Positions 28,323 to 38,481 of a stretch of DNA of 63,971 nt are shown piece after piece. Origin of the DNA: a virus. Lineage: Duplodnaviria > Caudoviricetes. How positions within the stretch are numbered: the stretch's first letter is position 1; each line of letters opens with the position of its first letter. The notes under the pieces are model-generated. The model saw nothing but the letters and a program-made list of their open reading frames with translations. It searched no databases and was not told where the DNA came from. The stretch lies in the IMG/VR virus record IMGVR_UViG_3300037608_000035, positions 1 through 63,971 of that record; one strand, 5' to 3'. The position numbers were made by a program, and so were the translations under genes.

Positions 28323-28763
28323 ATGTGGCTGACCCTTTTATGGAACTACAAAGCGTGGATACTGGCAGGCGTTGTCGCCGTGGCTGCCATAGCTTATATC
28401 TCCTACATCAAGATAGACAACAATTTGATGACGGCGAAGGTAACGAGCCAGAAGAGCCAGATCGAGGCTCTTGAACGAAACAATCAAATCCTTGAACAGA
28501 ACGCCGTGGCAATCAAAAAACAGGATGAACGGCTTCAGGCCATTCAGCAGACAAGTAATCGAGTGCAGAAAATGGTGGCGGCGTTGCCGCGCGAAACGAC
28601 GGAGGTGCTGAGGACAGATGAAAACATCACGATGCTTAATGATTGTCTTGTTGATTATGCTAATACCGGGGTGCTGCCCGAAACTTGTTCAGCCGTCAAA
28701 GCCTATCTGCCTCAAGGCAACACCCCCGATAAGGTTGAAGGGCGGGGAGAACCTGCCAAGTAA
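28323..28763 (+). CDS. Inner-membrane spanin (Rz-like)
   Basis: N-terminal TM, coiled coil, two C-terminal Cys; follows endolysin. Confidence 0.75.
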   Translation: MWLTLLWNYKAWILAGVVAVAAIAYISYIKIDNNLMTAKVTSQKSQIEALERNNQILEQNAVAIKKQDERLQAIQQTSNRVQKMVAALPRETTEVLRTDENITMLNDCLVDYANTGVLPETCSAVKAYLPQGNTPDKVEGRGEPAK

Positions 28764-28848
28764 CTACGCGGCAGAGATCATTTATGCCAAGCAGCTTGAA
28801 GCGGGGGTGAAGTGCTATGAAGAAAGTTACCGGGAAGATGACGATTAG
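28618..28848 (+). CDS. Outer-membrane spanin lipoprotein (Rz1-like), overlapping i-spanin
   Basis: +1 frame overlap; signal peptide with IPGC lipobox; Pro-rich mature part. Confidence 0.72.
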   Translation: MKTSRCLMIVLLIMLIPGCCPKLVQPSKPICLKATPPIRLKGGENLPSNYAAEIIYAKQLEAGVKCYEESYREDDD

Positions 28849-29065
28849 GGAGTTCTTTTTTCGGATGATTGACGCAAAGCATCCGGAGGTATCGTCCACG
28901 AGGTTTCTGACGCTTGTTACCGCGTTGACCATTCTTTACGCGTGGGTATGGGCGAGCATTTACACACGTGCCCTGGTGGACATTCCGCAAGGCGTGATTT
29001 ATTTCGCTGCCGTGATAATTACAGGTAAGGCTGTGCAGAGCTTTTCGGAAACGAAGTCAAAATGA
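28838..29065 (+). CDS. Holin (2 TM)
   Basis: SSTRF motif, two TM helices, charged C-terminus; in lysis cassette; alternative start 28817. Confidence 0.65.
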   Translation: MTIREFFFRMIDAKHPEVSSTRFLTLVTALTILYAWVWASIYTRALVDIPQGVIYFAAVIITGKAVQSFSETKSK

Positions 29066-29101
29066 GCTTCATCTGGGCAAGAACGCGGAGATAGATTTCT
29101 G

Positions 29102-31477
29102 ATGCCAAAGTTCAACCATCCGACATTCGGAGACGTTCAATCCCACGTCTATCTTGAAGGTAAAGTCCTCGCAGTTTACCTTGAGGATGCGGCCATTCCC
29201 GAAGCCAAGTGGGACACCGCCGATGTCGAGTATGAGAATCATAAGGTATTTTTCAACGCACCGATCCGGTATCATTGCGGTCCGACAGGAATCGACCGGG
29301 CAAACGGGGCGATCGTTGACGGCGGCAGGGGTTTTGACGTGGATGACAAAGTGATCCTCATGGCGAAGATCGGGACGACTCCCGGCATGGGGGAGGAATA
29401 TCCGATCATCTATGTCGTGGCCCACCGCTTCGGGGCAATCCCCTGCGCGTACAACTACCTCCTGATCCGGATGAGCGCCAACGATCTGATCCCCCACGCC
29501 CCGCCCTATGGGACATGGATTAACGGTGTCTATACCCCGACTGCTCCGGGCTCTCACTTACATGAATATGTTGCCGTATGGGATGCCAAGAAGGGCGCTG
29601 CGGCCACCATCTATAACCCGGTAACGAAGCTGCCCTATGTCTTCCCCGTGTCCGTTGAGGACTTCAAGCCCGCTTTCGATGGCTACCGTTTCAGCGACGA
29701 GGAGCTCTTTGCGCTCGACTCACAGGGCGACGCCCAGAGCGCCGAGGCAGGATTTACCCCTGACTGGACATCGGACATCCAGGGCAAGAAGATCATGGCC
29801 GGGCTTCCGATAGACGCGTGGTGGACTTCCTACGACTTTTACGGGAACCCGCTATTAAATCTCATGTTTAATGCCCAGATGGCCCTGGCCTCGGATAGCG
29901 CGGGAGCGAGTGACGGAACATTCGCGAAGGCGATGGAGAAGATTAACGCTGGTGCGGAGAATATCGCAAAGTGGAAAGCCTTGAGCCCCCAGGCTTTTAA
30001 CGACCAAATGATTATTTCCCCGGTGAAGGGGTCCGACGAGGCAAAGGTGATGCCGCCTGCCGTTCAGGCGAGATTACAGGCCCTTTCAGCAACGGTCGGG
30101 CAGATGAACGACCTCATGGAGCCGCTGAAAAACACCCCGCTCGATCCGAATTATATCTACTATAAGGGTATCAGGGACACGGCGCAGACCGAGCTCACAA
30201 ACATTCTCGCACAAAACGTATTTACCGCCTGGGCGGTTGCCCACGACAAGGACATGAAGCCCCTGAACATGAGCTCCTATCACATGCAGTTTGCGTATGG
30301 AGAGGATGAAGTCTGGGTCTGTGGAAAGAATGTTTATATGGGGATCGTAGTTAGTTACTGCGATGCGAAGTGGAAATTTGTCCGCTTGAGAGAACTCCCT
30401 CCCGCGATCCCCATCGTCAATTCCGGGCTGGAGCGGCTGCTTAACGGTGGCTTCTACCCGTCGGGGGTCGGTACTGGGCGGCTTATCGCGGACGTGTCAT
30501 TTGCCCTGGCCTCCATCATCACGGTCGGGGACGACAATAACCTCTTTAGCTGGGGCACTCTGAAACGGATCAATGATGGCGGATTTCATCGAACGACACA
30601 CCCGGCGCTCAAGACGGCGGGGGTCGGATCATGGCGGCTGACACAAAACAAGATTCCCCTGGCTCCCACGGAGCCGGTCTTTATTACCGCGCTGAATACC
30701 CGGACGGAGCTTATCGACATCTGGAGCCGGTACGATAACTGGATGAATACCATCCAATGCTCGGCTGCAACGTACGGCGTGGACAGAACGTGGTGGTTTC
30801 TGAGCAATGCCCAACAATGGAGAATTTTGGCAACTTTTATTGACACGCCCATCGGAAGCATGTGGCACTCTTCCCCCGTCTGGGAAGCCGCACTCTGGTA
30901 TATGGCCGGGTTCAATATAATGAATGGAGGTCCGACATGCCGAAGGGATGCCCCGCTGAGGACCCAGTTTATCAGGCAGACAAAACACACAAAGCGCGTG
31001 GCCGCCCAGGTCTATATCGTTCAGAGACAGGCCGTTACGATGTGGGATGATCCGGCCCGGACCTTTGTGAGGCAGGAGCTTAACAAGGGAATCTGTGATC
31101 ATTTTGACCCGGCTGACATTAAATATGTCGCGAAGGACCCGGATGGCTTAAAGAATGATGATTACAACACATTGACTGATGAGCAGAAGAAAGCCCAGCT
31201 CACGGACCGGGTCTATGTGCGATCCCAGTATCCCGGCGAGGTCGGCTACTCACCCCCGGCAGCACTACGGAATAATCGGAATGAAGTCGAGATCATGGCT
31301 GCCTGTGATCTTTATTCTACCCTCAAAACAAACTTCGGTCGGTGCCACCCAAATGATCAGGTCCGGAATGGTCGGCTGGAATACGAGATCCAGAAGCTGG
31401 TTCAGAAGTATTACACAACCGAGGCGCTGGGGCTGAAGGACTTCTCAGAGTTCAACTTTGAAGCGAGGATTGTCTGA
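29102..31477 (+). CDS. Large virion-associated protein, unknown function
   Basis: 791-aa ORF, genome-typical codon usage, TGATG-coupled to next gene. Confidence 0.7.
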   Translation: MPKFNHPTFGDVQSHVYLEGKVLAVYLEDAAIPEAKWDTADVEYENHKVFFNAPIRYHCGPTGIDRANGAIVDGGRGFDVDDKVILMAKIGTTPGMGEEYPIIYVVAHRFGAIPCAYNYLLIRMSANDLIPHAPPYGTWINGVYTPTAPGSHLHEYVAVWDAKKGAAATIYNPVTKLPYVFPVSVEDFKPAFDGYRFSDEELFALDSQGDAQSAEAGFTPDWTSDIQGKKIMAGLPIDAWWTSYDFYGNPLLNLMFNAQMALASDSAGASDGTFAKAMEKINAGAENIAKWKALSPQAFNDQMIISPVKGSDEAKVMPPAVQARLQALSATVGQMNDLMEPLKNTPLDPNYIYYKGIRDTAQTELTNILAQNVFTAWAVAHDKDMKPLNMSSYHMQFAYGEDEVWVCGKNVYMGIVVSYCDAKWKFVRLRELPPAIPIVNSGLERLLNGGFYPSGVGTGRLIADVSFALASIITVGDDNNLFSWGTLKRINDGGFHRTTHPALKTAGVGSWRLTQNKIPLAPTEPVFITALNTRTELIDIWSRYDNWMNTIQCSAATYGVDRTWWFLSNAQQWRILATFIDTPIGSMWHSSPVWEAALWYMAGFNIMNGGPTCRRDAPLRTQFIRQTKHTKRVAAQVYIVQRQAVTMWDDPARTFVRQELNKGICDHFDPADIKYVAKDPDGLKNDDYNTLTDEQKKAQLTDRVYVRSQYPGEVGYSPPAALRNNRNEVEIMAACDLYSTLKTNFGRCHPNDQVRNGRLEYEIQKLVQKYYTTEALGLKDFSEFNFEARIV

Positions 31478-33600
31478 TGTTACTCTTCTCGGATGGGTTT
31501 GACCAATATAACATTTACGACATCGGGAAAAAGTGGGGCTTCTTTTCCTGGGGGGCAGTCGTTCCCAAAATCGTCTCGGGCATTGATCCTGTGGGCAACA
31601 AGCCCTATGCCACAAAGAACGGGAGGGCGCTGTATTCGGGGAATGGCCCCGTGGCTCTCAATACAGGCTTCAGGCCGTCCCGGACCGTCTACGCTGGCTT
31701 TGCGGTTAGAACCCGGTCGCTGCTGAAGCTGACAATAGATTTCTGTACCAAGGTGCAGATAGACAGGGGGGACGGCAGGGGGCAGTCATACGGCAACCCC
31801 TACTTCGGCAGCGCCCCGGGCGCTATATCAACCCTCACGCTCACGCTGAATCAATGGAACGTCGGGATCAGCCAAACCTTCTCTGGGGCAACAACGCGGG
31901 TAGGGAGCATCAACACCACGATGAATATGTGGTCCGGTGATTACCACTATATTCAGGTTGGGATGACGCTCAATGGAAACGCCTCGGCTCAACCACAAGC
32001 ATGGATGGAGGTTAGGGTCGGGGGTCGTTTAGTGAACCGTTTCTTAGCGCAAAACATTCTAACCAGCCTTCCAGACGAGACCGCCCCGTACTCCTACATC
32101 AATGGGCTGGGCATCCATACAGGAGGAGCGCCGTCTGACGCCTCTTTCGGAACAGGGACAACCATTGACGATTTCTATATCTGCAACGACGAAGGCGATG
32201 TGAACAATACATTCCTTGGAAACGTGAAAGTAAGAAGAGCTCTCCCTATCGCCGACGGATCGGAAAATGACGCGACTCCCGTTGGGGGGGTCACTGGCTA
32301 CCGATACCAGTATGTTGATGAGGATTTTATTTCTTTCGCCCAAACCCTGCCTTATCCCCAGCCGACGCCAGAGCAAGACCCGCTCTTTATTCCGTGGGAG
32401 AAGGGTGTTGATGATTATCTGATCTTGGCCTCCGAGGGCGACCGCCAGATGCTGCGATTCACGAACGTGGATTTTGCAGGGTCTTCTCCAACCATTCACG
32501 GAGCGGTTCTTCACGCCTTGGCAAGGGGGCAATACAGGAACGCAGTCGGCTCCACGGCGCTGAAGGGCATTAAGAAAACAGGGGCAGAGCCAATAGCTGA
32601 GGCCAACCCGACGGATACGCCCCTCAATTATTCCCCAACCGCGCTTGCGACGGGGGGCTGGGACACATACCCGATGGTCTTCGAGAACGACGAGGTTGTC
32701 GCTCCCGGCCAGCCGTACCAGATATGGAACCCGACGGCGCTCAACGGGTCGGAATTTGGGATAGAACTCGCTCGGTGTACGATAGACCCCGCGATGTATG
32801 ACCAGAATCTTGTGCGGTTCAACCTCGTTTTCGAGCAGACGATTTCTGAATTCCTCGGGTTCTATGACTTCACACACAGGTTCTTTGACGAGATGAACGC
32901 CGAGACACTCACATGGGCGGATACCGAACCAACCTATCAATATACCTGGAAATTTATTGATTCGCTGTATTGGGGTGATGAGTTGGTGGTGACGCGCTCC
33001 TTCGACAAACGCATAAAAGAAGAGATTAAGTTTGAGGAGATCATCCCCTGGATCTATCTGTTCGCGCAAGGGCAGATCGCCTTCACGGACGAGATATTCA
33101 TTCAGTGGCATAACCTTGTTGAAGAAAGCGTTGACGCTGCTGACTGGGCGGATGGGTTCTGGGAGGAACTGTTTACGGACGGAATTGATTTTTCCGATGC
33201 GACTGCTGCCCACTACATCGAACGCCTCGATGAGATGTTCGGCCTTGAGGAGCCCTATCTTTGGGATGGCCACGAAGATGTCGAGGAAACCCTTGAAATC
33301 AACGTCACCTACGTTTGGGACAACCATGAATTGATGGAAGAGTATCTATACCCGGATGATCTAATATCACACGGGATCGGCCTTGACATCGAAGAGGAGC
33401 TTGCCCTGGCCGAGGACCACCATGATGGGAATTGGACTGAGCTTTTCCCTGACTCCGCCAATATGGCCGACAGCGTCCTGACTCAGCACTGGAGATACGT
33501 GTGGTTCATGGGGATAATAATTGAAAGCCTGAATATCGCGCCGATTGAACAAGCGGGTAGTGACGGCGACAAGACCGGCACATACGAGTGGGGGTATTGA
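31477..33600 (+). CDS. Virion protein: lectin-like N-terminal domains + acidic ~18-aa repeats
   Basis: MLLFSDGFD...IDDFYICN...FLGNVKV; C-terminal E-x-L-x-F-x-D repeats. Confidence 0.7.
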   Translation: MLLFSDGFDQYNIYDIGKKWGFFSWGAVVPKIVSGIDPVGNKPYATKNGRALYSGNGPVALNTGFRPSRTVYAGFAVRTRSLLKLTIDFCTKVQIDRGDGRGQSYGNPYFGSAPGAISTLTLTLNQWNVGISQTFSGATTRVGSINTTMNMWSGDYHYIQVGMTLNGNASAQPQAWMEVRVGGRLVNRFLAQNILTSLPDETAPYSYINGLGIHTGGAPSDASFGTGTTIDDFYICNDEGDVNNTFLGNVKVRRALPIADGSENDATPVGGVTGYRYQYVDEDFISFAQTLPYPQPTPEQDPLFIPWEKGVDDYLILASEGDRQMLRFTNVDFAGSSPTIHGAVLHALARGQYRNAVGSTALKGIKKTGAEPIAEANPTDTPLNYSPTALATGGWDTYPMVFENDEVVAPGQPYQIWNPTALNGSEFGIELARCTIDPAMYDQNLVRFNLVFEQTISEFLGFYDFTHRFFDEMNAETLTWADTEPTYQYTWKFIDSLYWGDELVVTRSFDKRIKEEIKFEEIIPWIYLFAQGQIAFTDEIFIQWHNLVEESVDAADWADGFWEELFTDGIDFSDATAAHYIERLDEMFGLEEPYLWDGHEDVEETLEINVTYVWDNHELMEEYLYPDDLISHGIGLDIEEELALAEDHHDGNWTELFPDSANMADSVLTQHWRYVWFMGIIIESLNIAPIEQAGSDGDKTGTYEWGY

Positions 33601-33601
33601 T

Positions 33602-35560
33602 ATGCTGAAACACGTTGAATCGTTCGATCATCTTGGCGGGGTTTCTCTCTTCACCGCGCTTGGATACTCGTTGGGAGCAAATATGTCAATCGCCTCTGGC
33701 GGTGGCCGTTTCGGAAGCAATGCCCTGTTTGTCGCGATGTACGGGAATGATTACATAAAGGGCGACGTGACCCTTCCTGTTATCTCCCTCGGGAATAAAC
33801 TTATCGTTGGTTTCAGTGTAATGACGTTGGATGCGAGCATTTGTATCATGTTTCGATCCGGCACTTTTGTGAATTTCACCATCCTGTGCAGCATTAACAG
33901 GGTCTACGCTGACGGAGCCTATCGTGCAGCCACGTTGCAGATAAGGATGTGCACCGGGCTGGGGACAAGGCTATATAGCGGGGAATGGCAGCGAGACACA
34001 AACTATCCGGACATAACGAACGACTACCAGTATTGCAATTCTTTTTTCCTCTCTGGTCCGGGAATTCCAATACCAAACGCGGGGATAGATTACCATTTTA
34101 TCGAGTTGTCCGTTGACGTGACTAATTATAAAAACGGGAGCGTCCGGGTTGATGTCGATGGCCGGACTTACATAACCAAGACGGGAATCAATACCGCCGC
34201 TTACGTTGGTTTTGGCGACAACCCTTACGACGCCAGGGCACGTTTGGACAACGTCAGATTTGAAACAAAGCCAGCCAGCTCCCAGGGCTACCAGAGCGGT
34301 CCGTGCAACTTGTACCTTGACTCGTTTTATCTTGCGAACGAAGCGGGTGGATACCAGAATGCCCCCATCGGCGACGTCCTTATTAGCACGGCGTACCCGA
34401 TAGCGGATGGGGCAGAGAAGCGGAACTGGATACCGTATGAGAATTCATCCCAGATGCCCGATGATTTCCCGCACCATGAGCTGGTGGATGACGCCCCGGT
34501 GCAATCGGGAAATGAGACAACGTATCTGGAGGCGGATCTTGACTTAACCGAAGAAATGCTATTTTTCGGAGAGGGCCTAATCCCCCCCGGGAGCGAGTTG
34601 ATCGCTGTAAACCACAGAACAATGTTTCGGAACGTGGCGACTCCGGGCACTCCCAAGATGAATTCACTTATCCCTCTCTTCCAGATGCAAGGCAACCCAA
34701 TAATGCGGAGCGACTCCCTGGCGAAGAGACTGGTGGGCTGGTCCTATTCGTTCCTCGATGTGATGTGCCCGATTGTCCCGGTCTCTGCGGAACCGTGGAG
34801 AGAGTATTTTCTTGATGAGGCCGAGTTTGGGTTCATGCTCAGGAACGCTGAGGCATTTGTGGGCCATCAGGAAGACTTTGCCCTTGAAGATATGGTGTGG
34901 GATACGGAATACAACTGGGATCTGATGCCGGAAGAGATAGACTTTGCAGACGAAGCCATCGACAGTATCGGGCTCCTCATGCTGTACTTCGCGGGAGTAG
35001 ATGAGGCGACAACCTGGATCGAGGGCTCGCACGGCTACGACCCGGATTATTCCGATGGTGCAGAGATCGACACGGCCCAGTTCTACGTCGGGTCCTCGTC
35101 GGTTATGCTGGTCGCCAGAGACGGGCAGCCTTCCGGGTTCGGTTATGTTGTCCCCGGCATAACCCCCAGCATCACACAGACGGTGTTTTTCAGATTCCAC
35201 GGCATTGATGATTACCTGGGGATCTTCCTGGGAGACACGGACGAAGGGGAAGTGTTCTTTGACTTTGCCATCGAGGCACGCGACGGGTCCGTCTATTACT
35301 GGATCGGGGCAGGCAATGAAGACGGCGACATTGGCATCCCGCACACAGGGGAGTGTCTGCTGGCAGCCGACACATGGCACAAGGTTGAGATGATCGTGGA
35401 CGGTCGGGACATTACTGTCAAGGTAAATGATTCAGAGGTCGTGACGTGGACAGCCGCAGCAGACAATCCGTTGTTCGGTCTCGGTTACGCTGAATATCTA
35501 AATGCGAACGACGTGACGGGAAACGATGTGTGGATAGGCTCCGCGGTAATCCGGGAGTAG
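33602..35560 (+). CDS. Paralog of 31477-33600 with C-terminal ConA/LamG-like domain
   Basis: MLKHVESFD...LDSFYLAN...PIGDV...PIADG; DTWHKVEMIVDGRDITVKVND. Confidence 0.7.
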   Translation: MLKHVESFDHLGGVSLFTALGYSLGANMSIASGGGRFGSNALFVAMYGNDYIKGDVTLPVISLGNKLIVGFSVMTLDASICIMFRSGTFVNFTILCSINRVYADGAYRAATLQIRMCTGLGTRLYSGEWQRDTNYPDITNDYQYCNSFFLSGPGIPIPNAGIDYHFIELSVDVTNYKNGSVRVDVDGRTYITKTGINTAAYVGFGDNPYDARARLDNVRFETKPASSQGYQSGPCNLYLDSFYLANEAGGYQNAPIGDVLISTAYPIADGAEKRNWIPYENSSQMPDDFPHHELVDDAPVQSGNETTYLEADLDLTEEMLFFGEGLIPPGSELIAVNHRTMFRNVATPGTPKMNSLIPLFQMQGNPIMRSDSLAKRLVGWSYSFLDVMCPIVPVSAEPWREYFLDEAEFGFMLRNAEAFVGHQEDFALEDMVWDTEYNWDLMPEEIDFADEAIDSIGLLMLYFAGVDEATTWIEGSHGYDPDYSDGAEIDTAQFYVGSSSVMLVARDGQPSGFGYVVPGITPSITQTVFFRFHGIDDYLGIFLGDTDEGEVFFDFAIEARDGSVYYWIGAGNEDGDIGIPHTGECLLAADTWHKVEMIVDGRDITVKVNDSEVVTWTAAADNPLFGLGYAEYLNANDVTGNDVWIGSAVIRE

Positions 35561-35572
35561 AAGGGGAAGCAC

Positions 35573-36640
35573 ATGGCTATCGCCTACTTTGAAATTGAAG
35601 AGTACATCTGGCTCGACGAGACGATCCAGGGCAACGTCAACGTGGGCGGCCTTGTCTATGATGATCTCATCGAAGAGACCCTCGATCTTGGTCCCGAAGA
35701 AGTTCTGACGGTTTATTCTGACGTTCTATTAGAGACGCTGGACTTTGCCGACGATCCTCGCCGCGTCGGGGGGCAACACTGGACGGAAATATACGACACC
35801 ATCGACATCCAGGAGAGATTCGGAGTCCCGTTGCGGGTTCGTCAAAGCGTTCTGAATCTTATTATGACGACGCCAGTTACCCCGGCGCTCATCGCTCACG
35901 TTCACATGGACGTTCTCCACGGGGTTGATGTTTACTGGGAAGAGGTCTCGGACGAGCTTCAATGCCATTCTTCCTACGCGAACGCCGTTCCCTACTACTG
36001 GGAATGGATTTACGAATCCTTCGACATCGACATGACGGAGCCTCAGCCGCTTCCGCCTATTTACTTGAGGCTGTACCTGAACAGCAACGACCTGGTGAAT
36101 ATGCGCCACGAAGTTGTCCAGGAATACCTCTTTAACTCCAAGTGTTTCGAGGAGCTGTTCATCTGGGATGCGGTCGTCTGGGGTTGGATCAAGACGAACG
36201 CGGAGGAGCTGGGGATCGCGGAAACCGTCCAGGAGATCATCGGGAAGGTTGCGGATGATTATCTCTATCTGGAAGACCATGAGGTTCTATGGCTTAAAGT
36301 CTGGCATTATCTCGCCGACAGAGTCTTTATCTTTGATGCCGCTGATACTGAGAAATACTACCTGCTCGTGGCCGACGAAGCCCTTGTTATCGAGGATGGA
36401 GAGGTAAGCTATATCGCCGGGGATACGGTTATTGAGGCGCTGAGGTTCGGTGACGTGTCCGCTTCGCATGGGTATTTCACCGGGCTGGCCACGGAATCGC
36501 TTGTCTTTGCGGACATCGCCTCTTTCGTCCATGAGATCATCCTTGAAGAGGGAATTGAATTCGGGGATGTTGAGCTGACAAGGTGGGTCTATCAGGTACT
36601 TGCAGCAGAAGGCTTCGACCTGGCCGACATTATATCATAG
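35573..36640 (+). CDS. Highly acidic repeat virion protein
   Basis: Almost entirely E-x-L-x-F/I-x-D repeats. Confidence 0.7.
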   Translation: MAIAYFEIEEYIWLDETIQGNVNVGGLVYDDLIEETLDLGPEEVLTVYSDVLLETLDFADDPRRVGGQHWTEIYDTIDIQERFGVPLRVRQSVLNLIMTTPVTPALIAHVHMDVLHGVDVYWEEVSDELQCHSSYANAVPYYWEWIYESFDIDMTEPQPLPPIYLRLYLNSNDLVNMRHEVVQEYLFNSKCFEELFIWDAVVWGWIKTNAEELGIAETVQEIIGKVADDYLYLEDHEVLWLKVWHYLADRVFIFDAADTEKYYLLVADEALVIEDGEVSYIAGDTVIEALRFGDVSASHGYFTGLATESLVFADIASFVHEIILEEGIEFGDVELTRWVYQVLAAEGFDLADIIS

Positions 36641-36647
36641 GTGACGT

Positions 36648-37199
36648 ATGGGCTTAGTAATAAATGAGAATGTGGCATCCAGCCTGGGCATTTCCGAGGC
36701 CGCCCCGGTACCAACACATATCGCGAGGGCGACGCTGACCGACATCCTGGCCGTGGAAGCCCTGGCCGCTATCAGCGGTGAAATCTGGGAGGCGTGGGCC
36801 TTTAACGGGGGCACCTTCGAGCCGTCCATTTATAGCGGCTTCTCCTTTAATTCCTATGCCTTTGAGGGCGGGGTGGCATACGCCGCGAAGGAAGAGGGCA
36901 TTTATGTTCTGGACGGGGAGACAGACGCGGGGGCCGAATTTCACACCGGTGTCATCCTGTCGCCATCTAATTTCGGGTCCCAGTCCAGAAAGCATTTCAG
37001 GGCTGGTTTCTTCGACATTACCGGAACCTCCCCGGTTATCCGCGCCGACACAGACTCCGGGCAGGGATCAAGTACGCCAATCATACGGAAAAGGACATCC
37101 TTCCCCCGGACGCTGGTAGGCAGTAAGTGGATGTTCCTGATCGCTGACTTTGATGAGCTGGGGCAAGTGGAGTTATTCCCCATCATCCTTACGAGGTAA
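36648..37199 (+). CDS. Virion structural protein
   Basis: YSGFSFNSYA...GIYVLDGETDAG. Confidence 0.65.
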   Translation: MGLVINENVASSLGISEAAPVPTHIARATLTDILAVEALAAISGEIWEAWAFNGGTFEPSIYSGFSFNSYAFEGGVAYAAKEEGIYVLDGETDAGAEFHTGVILSPSNFGSQSRKHFRAGFFDITGTSPVIRADTDSGQGSSTPIIRKRTSFPRTLVGSKWMFLIADFDELGQVELFPIILTR

Positions 37200-37202
37200 A
37201 CT

Positions 37203-38471
37203 ATGGGATCACATGCAGAAAACAGCCTCTGGTACAAAGGGAAGAGTGACGTTTTCAGGGAGTATAAAAAGAACACCACGGGGGTTCTTTCCGCGATTGC
37301 TGCAAGAAATCATTCCGGCGTGCCGGGCTTCGCTGTCGAGGCGTTTACCGAGATCGAGACCGCCGGGAAGTTTCAACTGACGGAGCTCAATCAGAAGATC
37401 CTCGCGGAGTCCATCGACCGCGAGCTGCGGGCGCTGGGTCTTGAGCATGACTATGCCTTCAAGGCCGCGACGATGGCATGGGAACTCGAAAAGCAGAGCC
37501 TCTTCTCTGATCTCCAAAAGGAATTTGCCGACAAGGAATTGGTCCGAGCCCTCGACGCCGAGGCCCTTGAAAGCCTCATGGTTGATCAGGAATTACGAGA
37601 AATCGCCGTCCTGATGGCGAAGACCGCCATCGAAATCGAGGTCGAGGATCTGAAGCGCCAGAAGGAAGAGACGGAGCTGACCCCGCTGCCGTGGCAGGAG
37701 CAGCTCGCAACCGCCCGGCTCGCAACCGCCCGGAGAAAGATGGACGTCATTCCGTACATTATGGCTGCTTTGGCCGCACAGGCCAATGCCATCGACCTGG
37801 AAGAGACGGTGATTCTCCCGGCGAGAAGGACAAAGGCCGATTATGATACCCAGACAGCGACAAAGACCCTTGAGCTGGTGCCCCTGATTATAGAGAAGGC
37901 GGCGGCGACCGTTACCCTGACGAACAGGCAGTCCGAGCTTATCCCGAAGATGGTTGAAAAGGCGGCGGCGTCTCTGGCCCTTGCCAACGCAATGACCGCG
38001 CAGCTCCAGAACCGGATTCAGATCGCGATGGTGAAGATCGAAATGGCGCAAGAGCGGGTCCGGCGCGTCCAAGATGAACTGCTCACCCTGAATGCGGAGA
38101 TCGGCCTCGAAACGGTGAAGATCGGCGTTGAAGAGCAGCGGGCAGAGCTGGAACTTCTCAGGGCATACGCCCGGCTGGAAATCGCCACGGCCCTCAATGA
38201 CCTGCTGTTGGATCTCATCGCCGCAAGCGAAGACTCGAATACGGCAGAACTTGACTCCGTGCGGACACATACCCAGAACGAGATCGCGCTGAAGAGAAGC
38301 CGGGTCAACAATATCGAGATTCCCAAGGATGCAAAAGATGAAAGGGTGACGCAATCCGGCGGCAGCGCTCTGGTTTCAATGGCCATCGCGGACAAGGCAA
38401 ACCAGATCAATATGGCGAAGACCGCCTCAACCGCGGAAATAACGGAAAAGCTGATACATTTACTCGCGTAG
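37203..38471 (+). CDS. Coiled-coil protein (possible internal/ejection protein)
   Basis: All-helical heptad-rich; GAGGT RBS. Confidence 0.65.
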   Translation: MGSHAENSLWYKGKSDVFREYKKNTTGVLSAIAARNHSGVPGFAVEAFTEIETAGKFQLTELNQKILAESIDRELRALGLEHDYAFKAATMAWELEKQSLFSDLQKEFADKELVRALDAEALESLMVDQELREIAVLMAKTAIEIEVEDLKRQKEETELTPLPWQEQLATARLATARRKMDVIPYIMAALAAQANAIDLEETVILPARRTKADYDTQTATKTLELVPLIIEKAAATVTLTNRQSELIPKMVEKAAASLALANAMTAQLQNRIQIAMVKIEMAQERVRRVQDELLTLNAEIGLETVKIGVEEQRAELELLRAYARLEIATALNDLLLDLIAASEDSNTAELDSVRTHTQNEIALKRSRVNNIEIPKDAKDERVTQSGGSALVSMAIADKANQINMAKTASTAEITEKLIHLLA

Positions 38472-38481
38472 GAGATTCAAG

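Noticed and set aside
37703-37732. 15-bp tandem duplication (LATAR x2)
   Set aside because: An ordinary in-frame duplication in a coiled-coil gene.
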